NCBI RefSeq assembly: GCF_963921235.1
Contig: NC_086097.1
Coordinates: forward strand, 162,256,001-162,320,000
Reading direction: 5' to 3'
Source: Mobula hypostoma
Taxonomy: Eukaryota
DNA length: 64,000 nucleotides
Part shown: positions 52,082 to 62,600 of the stretch, one piece after another
Numbering within the stretch: the stretch's first letter is position 1
How the letters are laid out: the number at the start of each line of letters is the position of its first letter
Program-made: the position numbers and the translations under genes
The notes under the pieces: generated by a model
Database searches by the model: none
Told to the model about the DNA's origin: nothing
What the model saw: the letters and a program-made list of their open reading frames with translations, nothing else

Positions 52082-52514
52082 GAAAGCTTCTGATATGTTA
52101 ATCAGGCAGTTACTTGTGAGATGTGGCTTGGCTTTAAGGAGGAAGGCACTTCAAGGAGCCTCAGGAAAGTTGCAAGCATTCGGCTTTTGTGAGTATAAAG
52201 AACCAGAACCTACTCTGCGTGCATTAATATTATTGCATAAACTTCAAGTGGGAGACAAAAAGCTGCTTGTAAAAATAGATTCAAAGACCAAAGCCCAGCT
52301 GGATGAATGAAAGGCCGAAAAGAAAGGGGTCAACGGAGATATGAAAACAGAGGATTTGTCAGATGATGAAGCAACCAAGAGGAGAGATCTGATCATAAAG
52401 GAAGCAATAGAGGGATTAATAAGAGAATACTGCGGGCAGCTAAACACTCCTTCCCAAAATCAAGATGCACAAACTAAAAGTAGAAAGAGGAAAAAAGAAG
52501 AAAAGACTTCCAAC

Positions 52515-53129
52515 ACCACACTCTCATCCTCCTTGTCAGGAAAGACATTATTCCACAAGAGTAAGAAAGTCTCGATAGCAATTAAATCTTTAGGCCAGAA
52601 TGGGACAATGAAAAAATGTATTATGCTGTGTATGTCTGTATATAATAGTTCTATTGTATAATATACTGTGTATCTAATTGAGATGCATTCTCTATTGAAT
52701 TGGAGTTTATAGCTAAGCATAGAAGAATGTTGTGTATTTAATATTTCAGTAAAATTTCAGTATTCTTATATATATTGGTTGATTAAGCATTCTTGTTCAT
52801 TTAAATACAGGTCGACCTTCACTAATCTGACTACCTGTAATCCAGTTCCTTCAATAATCTGGCACCAATTATGCTTAATGTGATCCTTCTATAATTCAGC
52901 ATTTTCACTAATCTGGCACTCCTCAAGTCCCCATGGTGCCAGATTAGTGAAGGTCGACCTGTAATTCATTATGGATTATATGTATAAACACATGAACTGC
53001 ATATCTCATCACGCTACCACGTGATAAGTGCACGCCTCACTTAAAGTAAACATGAAGTCAGACTCACATTTCGGGCTCCTTCATCTTTCTTTGAATTAGT
53101 TTGATGTTTTAAAGTTACAAAACATAACA
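52515..53129 (+). mobile_element. Gypsy 3' internal end and 3' LTR (52728-53129)
   Basis: ERHYSTRVRK..LNL* resembles a pol C-terminus. A purine-rich tract precedes TGTTGTG...CATAACA. Confidence 0.65.
52808..52961. mobile_element. 154-bp MITE of Tc1/mariner/pogo type
   Basis: Perfect 22-bp TIRs CAGGTCGACCTTCACTAATCTG (52808-52829 and 52940-52961), with a TA TSD on both sides. Confidence 0.92.
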
Positions 53130-53999
53130 GAAAACAGCTGTGAAGCTGTGATGGAGTTTATTCCTAACTCACCTCACCCATCAAAAGGTTTCCAACACAA
53201 AAATTACCCGATTATTCCTTTGTTCTGTTTTATGTTCATCGTTGAAGCCTCGGCTCATCACCCAATCCCAATCCCATATGATCAAATGTTGTGTGGCATC
53301 TTATCTAAGTGCTCTTAAAGATTAAATTTACAAAATCAAATGGTTCACCCTTATCTATTCTGTTTGTTACAACCTCAAAAATCTCAATAATTTGTCAAAC
53401 ATGATTTCTTTCATAAAGCCATGTTGACTCTGTGTCACATTAATGTAATTTCCTGTACATAAGTATCAAAGGAAAATGAAATAGTTGTTACTCTGGATCT
53501 GATGCAGTTTAAAAAAACTCAAAAGATAAAGGACACAATAATAATTTAAAACCCTCAATAAATATTGATACAGATGATAGCTTCTATACATAGATTGATT
53601 GTATGTCCATAAAGTGATGCTAGGCTGTACGTAAAGTGACTGACAGGAAATAATAAAATAGTGGTTGAGTTAGTGGGTGGAGGTGTTGATCAGCCTTACT
53701 ACTTGGGGACAGTAACTGTTTTTGAGTCTGGTGGTCCTGGCGTAGTTACAATGTTGCCTCTTTCCTGATGGGAGTGGGGCAAACAGTCCACAACTTTAAT
53801 GATGTGATTGTTCCTTTCCTGGCACCTTTCTGTGTAAATGTCCTTGAAGGCGGGTAGGCTGGTGGCAATGATATGTTGGGTAGTTTTGACTACCTATTGT
53901 AGAGCCCTCCTGTCCACTGCAGTGCGGTTTCCATACCAAGCAGTAATGCAAATTGTCTGTATATTTTCAACTGCACATCTGTAGAGTAACATGAGTATA

Positions 54000-54700
54000 G
54001 GTGTGGCAATCCAAACTGTATGCTGTACTCCAGCTGTGGTGTAACCAATACTTTACAAAGCAGTATCATAACTGATCAGCTTTTGTGTTCTATGCCTCAG
54101 CTAAAGGGTCAAGTATTCCATTCGCTTCTTGACAACCTTAGCTATCTCTGCACTTGGATATGTACACCGAGGTTCCTCTGATCCTTAATGATCTCAAAGG
54201 CTGTACCATTCATTGTAAATGTTCTGACCTTATTAGTTCTCCCAAAATGCATTACCTTGCATTTATCAGGATTAAATTCCATATGCCCATTTTAATAACT
54301 GATCAACATCATCTTGTAGCCTATGATGATCCTCCTTACCACCATAGAAACCATAGAAACTACAGCACAGAAACAGGCCTTTTGGCCCTTCTTGTCACTA
54401 CCAATTTTCATGTCATCTGCAAACCTACTAATAATGCCTCCTACACTTACATGCAAATAGGTAATGCATATAACAAACGGTAAGGTGACCAGCATTGATA
54501 CTAGTAATACAATTACCACCAGTTACGGGCTTCCAGTCACAAAAGCAACCCTCTCCCATCTGTTTCCTATTACCAGGACAATTCTGGATCCAATTTTCCA
54601 ACTTGTCCTGGATCCCTGTGCTCAAAAATTTTGGACCAGTCTCCCATGTGAAACCTTGGCAAGGTCCTCACTAAAGTCTATGTAAGCTGTATCAACCACA
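54000..54700 (-). mobile_element. Old CR1 RT fragment
   Basis: ISRFADDMKIG; NWIQNCPGNRKQ..DWKPVTG. Confidence 0.75.
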
Positions 54701-54838
54701 AAATTTATTTCAATCTATTTCAAAGGTTTATTTATTATCAAAGTATACAACTCTGAAATTCTTCTCCAGATAGCCATGAAACCAGGAAAGAAAAGAACGG
54801 CAGCACAATCTTCAACCCCCAAATCCCTCCTCCCCACA

Positions 54839-57800
54839 CAGGTATGTTATGTAGGACGAGATGTTAATATCTCTTATTTGCACTCCTGAGACATGCTGCC
54901 TAGACTCTGTGGGGTGCTCAAGTGAGTGGTGGCATCTTCTGGGTTATCAAGTGGGCGCCCTCTTTCCTCAGTGTTTTCTCAAGCCCATGACACCTCCAGA
55001 GGGTTCAGCAGTGAATCCCGGCAACCTGGGCTTACCCCCTAGATGCCTCTCACTCACTTGGGGGCCCAGATGGAATCCTTCCTCTTCATCCAGAGCCACT
55101 GACCACCCTTTTCAGCAGCTCTGGAGAGGTCTTTGACTGCTTGTCGGTGTGTCTTCCCTCACACTCCCAACTCCCGGAGTAGCCTTGATGTTGATGTGGC
55201 TACAAATCCTCTGCAGCCTACTTCGACCGGTCAGACCCTTGCTCTCCAGCCACGTTGTTGCACATCGGCTGAAAGCTCAGCATACCTCAGCTTCTTGCGC
55301 TCGTAGGCCTCCTCCACTGCATCCTCCCAGGGAACTGTAAGCTCAATGATGTAAACGAGATGCAGTGAGGCCGACCATAGCACAAGGTCTGGTCTGAGGT
55401 TGGTTTCCGCAATTTCAGTTGGGAAGCAGATCCTCTGGCCTAAGTCTGCCACCGTCTTCCAATCACGTGCCCCACCTAGCCACCCGGTGTCTGATCTCGA
55501 TGTATCGAGTCTGGCTTGACCCTCACCTTCCCGGACAAATGCTGTTAACAACCAGCGGGATGAAGGGGGAGGGAGAGTGTTGACACTCATCCGCCGACTT
55601 TCCAGCACTGCTGCAAGACACCGTAGCACCTGGTTGTGTCACCAGGTGTATCAGCCTTGAGTAAGGCTGGTCTTGCAGCCCACCAGAATGTGTTTTCGTG
55701 TTGCTGAAGTCGGGCAGAGAGAGCATGTGGGGTCCTCTCCATACCACTGGCTGAGATTCATGGGAGACGGCAAGACATCGTAGGCAGCCCTGATGGTGAA
55801 GCTTGCTCTGAATGTCCCCATCTCCCACAGCTCTTTCCAGGAGATCTTTCTTTTCTCCACTCCCTCCCATCTCATCCATTGCCCTTGCCTTGCCTGAGCG
55901 ACGGCCTTTGCGCACCTTGCCGCCTCCTCCTGCCGACCTATCTCCTGCATCACGAACCTGGGTCTCTGAGATGGAACAGCTTTGTTCCAGGCTGGTGTAC
56001 TGTCCCCAAGGCCAAGACCGCTCCTCCCTTGCTGCACTCGGCCTACGATGTCCCTGTGCTTGAGTGCTGCCTGTGCTTGCTTGGTTGTTTCTGATGGAGT
56101 CCATTTCCTCCCAGTATCCAGGATGTGGGCAGCTTGTGCTACAAATGGATCACTCACCTCTGTTAACATCATCTCCAGTCTTACTTTGGCGCACTTGTAC
56201 TCCTCTGAAAGACTGGAAATGGGTAGCTCTAGGACTCCTTTGCCGTAGAGTCCTATGCTGCTGAGGCACCTGGGAAGACCAAGCCACTTCCTTACGTATG
56301 AGCTGATTAGTCTCTCCAGCTTTTCCACCCTTGAGATTGGAACTTCATACAGGGTTAGTGGCCACATGAGGCGTGGAAAGAGCCCAGACTGCATACACCA
56401 GAGCTTCAACTTGCCAGGGAGTGTGGATCTGTCAATGCTCTCGAGGCCACTGACGGCATCCTTCCTGAGCTGATCTACCTGCTCTGTGTCTTTGAGGGAT
56501 GCGTTATACCACCGACCTAGGCTTTTCACAGGCTTCTTGAAAACTGTTGGAATCGTCTCACCGCCCATGTAGAAGCATTGGTCTACCAGCTTCCCCTTGA
56601 CGACAGAGATGCTTCTGGACTTGCTTGGCTTGATATTCAGCTGAACCTGCTCGATGTTCTCTTGAAGCTTTTCTCAACAGGCATACAGTGCAAGCCTTGG
56701 TCGTGGTGAGTGTCGTGAGATCATCCATGTATGTTCTAATAGGCGGCAGCCTCAGGCCAGGTCTTATGCGCTGTCCTCCAACCACCCATCGAGATGCTCT
56801 AATGATCACCTATGATCATGGTGAAGGCTAGTGGGGAGATGGTACAACCGACCATGATTCCCACTTCCAGATGTTGCCACACTGTGTTGTCAAACATAGC
56901 TGCATGTCCTGGAAGTAGGCCTTAACAAGGTGTGTAAGGGCCACTGGGACCCTGAAGAAGTTGAAAGCAGTCCAGAGGAGGTTACGAGGGACTGAGCCGA
57001 AGGCGTTGGCGAGGTCCAGGAACACCATGTGAAGATCAGTGCCCTCCTTCTTGGTGACCTGGATCTGATGCCAGATGGTGCAAGCGTGTTCCAGACAGCC
57101 AGAGAAGCCCGAGATCCCTGCTTTCTGGATTGAGGTATCAATCAGATGGTTTCTTTGCAGATATCTTGACAGCCTGTGAGCCACCACACTAAAGAACATT
57201 TTGCCCTAGACATTTAGGAGACTAATCTGGCAGAACTGACTGATTTCTGATGAACCCTTTTCCTTTGGGATCAGGATTCCTTCGGCTCTCTACCAGGATA
57301 GTGGTATCTCCTGCTTACGCCATACCACCTTCATGAGCCCCCAGAGGAACCGCAGGACACCTGGTGCATTTTTGTAGAGCCTGTATGGCACTCCATTGAG
57401 ACCTGGGGCTGATACAGACCTTGCTCTATGCACAATTTTCTCCACCTCACTCCATCTAGGTGGGCTGATATCTAGTTGGTGTTCCAGTGGATGGATTGGT
57501 GACAAGTCAGGTGGGAGGGTGATCTCTTTGTGGCGTCTCCTCAGTGTCGCGAGCCTGCTCCGGATGTCTGCTTGCAACAGGTTTATGCCTACCTCCTCTT
57601 CCTCTGTGGTCTTCCTCCATTGTTTCTTCAGCTGCCTCCTCTCTCTGACTAGACGATCTATTTCCTTCTGCCCCCTGGACTTAGTGGGGATCGTCGATGT
57701 AGTTTTCCTCCTCTCTAGCACTCCAAAACGTTCCACTCCATAGCTATAGATTAATTCCCCCATTCTTTCCAACTTCTTCATAGTGGTGCCTCTGAGCATC

Positions 57801-58519
57801 CCTAAGATTTTGGAGAGGTCAGTATTGACCTCCTCCCACATTGGCTTCTCGCAGGATTTTGGCCACTTGATCAATGGCTTTCACCCCTGGATCTTCTTTT
57901 CCATTGCAGGTCGTAATGGGCTGGGTTCGGGTTGCTCTCCTGTGCCGTGCTGTTCCTCCGCTGGGATGGGGTATTGATGTCCTGCACACTTTGGGTTTTG
58001 TCCTGCTGCTGAACTTCAGTTGACTGACTCGACCTGCTTCTCAAAAAGTAGCTGTCGATGCGAGGTCCCTGTTGCCCCTTCTTCAGGCATCCTTTCCTGC
58101 CCTGATGTATTTTCAGCCTATAGTGGAAGTAACCTTTGCCCAGCCACATATGCAACTCTGGAGCTTGTGTCCTGCTGCCTCTGTTGCAACCTCAGGTATG
58201 CTGATCATCCAACGCATTGAATGTTCCGTTACTGTATCAGTTGCCGGGTTGTCTACTTCCGCCCCCACTCTCGCTGACTCAGGGGGTATCTTCTCCTTAC
58301 AAGTTTTCATAGCCAAGGATGGGTGGACCCATGCACTTTTGCGTGCTGGGTCCCGCTGCTGCGGGTAGCTAGCCCGCGGAAGCCCTAGTGGGGTCCGTTC
58401 CCTCCTGCCAGCTGTCTTTCCATGCTGTCACAAGGTCTTTCCCTAGTTGTCAGCTGCTCTTTCACAGCAGTCACTGGTTCACCAGATGATCAGGTATGTT
58501 ATGTAGGACTAGATGTTAA
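54839..58519 (-). mobile_element. Near-full-length Hero-like non-LTR retrotransposon (R2 group, restriction-like endonuclease); ORF about 58310-55054, disrupted
   Basis: N-terminal CICG..LKIHQGRKGC zinc finger. RT motifs SAPGLNGVPY, FLDLANAFGSV and YMDD. CCHC knuckle CSLC..HILVGC. RLE motif LRPDLVLWS..IIELTVPWE..ERKKLRY. Several frameshifts, stops and deletions. 29-bp direct repeats at the ends. Confidence 0.9.
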
Positions 58520-58711
58520 ACAAACAAACAAAAACAGAACACTCATATCGACCCCCAAATTCCCCATCCCCGCACACACAAACACTAGAAAGAACAGGTG
58601 AAAAACACAGAATATAAAAACCTATGAGACTGAAAAAAATTCTATAGCCCAAGTCCATATCCAAAATGCAGAAAAACTGGGTAACATTCTCCGGGCCCAG
58701 CGACAGGCCTT

Positions 58712-58896
58712 TCCCTCTCCATAGCAGAGCGATTCCCACCAGCAATCAAAATGCAGCCTCCCCTCTCCATAGCAAAGCAATCCCATCAGTGATCAAAAGG
58801 CAGTCTCCCCTCTCCATAGCAAAGCAATCCATCAGTGATCAAAAGGCAGTCTTCCCTCTCTGTAGCAGAACGATCCCACCAGCGATCAAAATGCAG
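58712..58896 (+). repeat. Tandem repeat, about 47 bp x 4
   Basis: Units CCCTCTCCATAGCA(A/G)AGC(A/G)ATCCCA(C/T)CAG(C/T)GATCAAAA(G/T)GCAG begin at about 58713, 58761, 58808 and 58854. Confidence 0.85.
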
Positions 58897-59689
58897 ACAG
58901 CCAGCACTTACCTTCTGCATTGCCTCAATAATTCAATCTCTGTCTAGGTTCGCGCGTGCTGCCTCTGCCTCCTCTCAGAGACTGCAGAGTGCTGTAACAC
59001 CCAAACGATCTCCAAATTGCAAATCACAGGCTCCAACAGTTCCAGAATCATATTCAAGATGAAAAACAAATGTAAAAGAAATAAAAGAAGTGAAATTTAT
59101 GGTTTTATGATCTATGATATTTCACTCACAGTATTTCTTAATATAGAAAATAAAAATTAATGTCTTCCAATCACATGTAGCAAGCAAAAGTAATTATAAA
59201 AAAATCTGTCATGGCCCAGCAATATCTTCCTGTGCCTCACATGGTAGCCATCAGGCCCTGGGGATTCTAGATTCAAGTTTATTTTTCACGTGTACATCTA
59301 AGCATATAGTGAAATGTGTCACAAACACGAGAAAGTCTGCAGATGCTGTAAAATCCAAGCAAATGCAGTTCCTCCAGCATTTTGTGTGTGTTGCTTGGTT
59401 TTCCAACATCTGCAGATTTTCTCAAGTTTGTGATTCCACTAATGCACTGCCAAGTTTCTTCCAGGGATGCCTGCCCTGAAGAAGTTTAAATCTTCCCTTC
59501 GACAGGAGTTCAGGAAAATCCTTTCTCACTGCTCCGCCTCTGTGATCTCTGCTGCCCTGACTTTTCGACCATGTCCCACCACCACAGCCACGTTTCCTTC
59601 CTGGGAATATGTCTTCATCACATCTTATGCCAGGTGCTATGCTGTCTGGCCTGCTGAATTCCTCCAGCATTTTGTGTGTTTTTTGTTCT

Positions 59690-62600
59690 TTCTGTCCAGT
59701 GCGCATGTGTGTGTAGCTCCCCCGCCATACGCCGCGGTAGAAAAGACCAGAAGTAAAACCCTGCAACCCGGAAGCAACCTCTTTTTACAAACAGCTTTCC
59801 GTAGCAGGAGTATTGCTATATTACCATTATCATAATTTATATTAACTTATCTTTAAAATGCTCACATTACAACACTTCTCCCCCTTTAAATTCCACTTAA
59901 GTTAAGGGTTAATGAAACATTAAGACAGAGGATTATCAACTTAGAAAACAGAAACAGAAGAAATAATCTATGTATTCTGGGTTTTAAAGAGTCATTGGAA
60001 GGCAATCAGCCTTCGGAATTTTTTGCAAACCTTTTGGCTAATTTATTTCCGAATATTTTTAAATCTCCACCTAAAATAGACCGAGCTCATAGATTGCCTG
60101 TACTAAGACCTCCTCCAGGAGGACGACCCCGCTTAGTGATAATTTGTCTTACGACTTTCAAACAAAGGAACTCTTAATTTGTGAATCTCATCAGAAAGGT
60201 ATGATTGATTATGAAGATCAGAAGTTCAGAATTTTGGAAGATTTTTCACCTGAGGTGTTGAATGAATGCTTCAAGTTTTAAAAAGTCATGTTTGAGCTAT
60301 ATAATAAAGGTTTTAAACCCTCTCTTCGTTACCCCGCTCATCTTCAAATCATTTTGAAAAATGGCTCTCACAGATGGTTCAGTTCAACCGAAGAAGTGCA
60401 GGATTTCTTGAGTGCCAAATCAATTTCAGAAGTTTAACTGTTCAATGAATCTTTACACAAATTTATGTTGCGTCTGCCTGATGGATCCTTTTTTTAGGAT
60501 CAGCAGTCTAACTGTTCATTACTTTCTTTTATGAACAATTGTTTTTTTTAACTTTTGGTATACCTTTGTATCTAATTTTTTTTTGTAATTTTATTTCCTT
60601 GTTTAGAAAATTAAGGATTTAATATTAGTGAGTTTTCTTTGAGTCAATACTTTCTAAGTTAATATGTTTTGAACTTCCATATTTCTTTCTTATATTTTTA
60701 TACTATAATTTTTTATGAGGTTTTTTTAATATGTTTAATTTTGCTCTTTTTTTTGTTGTGTCTTGTTGGAACGCAGTTTTGCCTTGAAAATTTTTATGGG
60801 GAGCTCAACCGGTAGATTGTTTTGGGAGGGAATGGTAGGTTTAGCTGTCGACTGCCCTTTGGTCGATTTTCTCTCTTTGAGTGTTACACGGTGGGTGTTA
60901 ATGGCGGTCCCAAATGCAAGACACAGACACTGAAGTTCTCGGAACAGGACTAGGTTTATCAAGGAAGCAAAGGAAGAAACGACACTGGACATGGACACAG
61001 GCCCTAGACTAGACAGGGACACAGGGCCTGGGCTAGGACTTGGACTAGGAATGCAGGACCTGGATGTGGAACTAGGAACCAGGAGCCTAGACTAGAAACT
61101 CAGAACTCCGGAACCAGAGTCTGGACAAGGACCCGGAACCTGGGTCTTGGTTGGGACTAAGAACCTGGGTCTAGGCTAGGACTTGGGACTAGGATCTTGG
61201 CAAGGACAGTACATGGCTACAGGACAGGATGAGGAATCTCCAGCGCAGGACAAGGAACCTCCAGGGTAGGACGAAGAACCTCCAGGGCAGGACGAGGCTC
61301 TTGGACTAGGTTTGGCTTGGCTCTTGGACTTGGCTTGGTTAGGCTCTTGGGTACTGAGCCGGGAGTCCTCCTTGGAGCGCAGGGCCGGGATGACTGCCGA
61401 GGTAAACTGCCAAGGATTCGGATGGGGACGATCCAGCACAGGACAAGGAATCTCCAGCACCAGGCTGGGCGAGGACACAAAGCTCAGACTTGGATAGGGC
61501 TGGAACATGGCACCTAGACTTGGTCTTGGAGCACAGAGCCTTGGACTTGAGCACAGAAACACAGAGCCTTGGACTTGAGCACAGGAGCACAGGAACACAG
61601 AACACAGAGCCGGGACCCCTCCTTGGGGAGTACAGGACGTAGGGCTGGGACTCGTACACAGAACACGGACACTAAACACGGGGACACAAAGAGACGGTTC
61701 CAAACTCAGCGATAGATAGTTCCTTCTCTTGGCGTGGCGAGGCTCCAGTTTCACTCCGGCGGTTGAACTTGATGGGGATACTGACGAGGTTGCAGGAGGA
61801 GGTTCAGAAGGGAAGGGAACAGTCCAGCAGGGAATCCTTGGTTTGAGAGGTATTTATGTGCCAGCCCACAATGAGAATCAGGTGTCTCAATTAAGGTGCC
61901 CAATGGAACAAGGGACTTCATGGAGTGGACCATGGTGGCGGGGTGGGGTGGGGAGTGGTTTTCTTTTTTTCTATCAGCTGTTTGTTTCTCTTAGCTTCAT
62001 TTGTTGCTTGGTTACTTTTTCTTAAAGCTCATTGTTTGGATTTAATATATATTCCAGTGGTTTTTATTCAAACATTTCCTTTAAGCAATGTTTAAAATGA
62101 ACCACATTTTTAATTTACTTAGTTTTAATGTGAAAGGATTAAACCATCCTGTGAAATGTAATAAGATACTTAATTATATTAAAAAATTGAATGTCTCAAT
62201 TTTTTTTTACAAGAAACACATCTTCATAAATGTGATAATTTACGTCTTTTCAGCCGTTGGAAGGGTTTTTCTTTCCATTCTTCCTTTCAGGCCAAGGCAA
62301 GAGGAGTTTCGATTCTTATAGAAAATTCAGTTTCTTTCGTTCAACATAATGTAGTGTCTGATACCAATGGGCGTTTTATTATAGTCTCAGGGAAATAATA
62401 AATTAATGGTTTTTGCTAATTTGTATGCCCCGAATATAGATGATCCAGGCTTTTTTGAATGTTTTTTTCGCTTTTACCAGATTTAAGTTTGTATTCTTTG
62501 GTTTTAGAAGGAGACTTCAACTGTTGTTTAGATCCTGTTTTAGATCATTCTTCTTCTAAACGATTGACTTGTAGTAGATCTGCCTCCTTTATCCAATCTT

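Larger units (their letters stand above)
51790..52510 (+). pseudogene. RBM25: Processed RBM25 fragment (N-terminal RRM region)
   Basis: TTTVFVGNISEKAS|DMLIRQLL..QGASGKLQAFGFCEYKEPE.TLRAL..GDKKLLVK.D.KTKAQLDE*..TKRRD.IIK.AIE.LIREY matches RBM25. No introns, a W-to-TGA stop at 52308-52310, and a TE insertion. Confidence 0.92.

Noticed and set aside
51819..52661. Functional RBM25 gene
   Set aside because: Partial, intronless, carries a premature TGA, substitutions at conserved positions and a TE insertion.
55054..58310. Active Hero-like ORF
   Set aside because: Broken into at least six pieces by frameshifts, stops and internal deletions.
58712..58896. CRISPR-like array (also considered for 60990-61680)
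   Set aside because: Head-to-tail repeats without unique spacers, no cas genes, and a vertebrate context.
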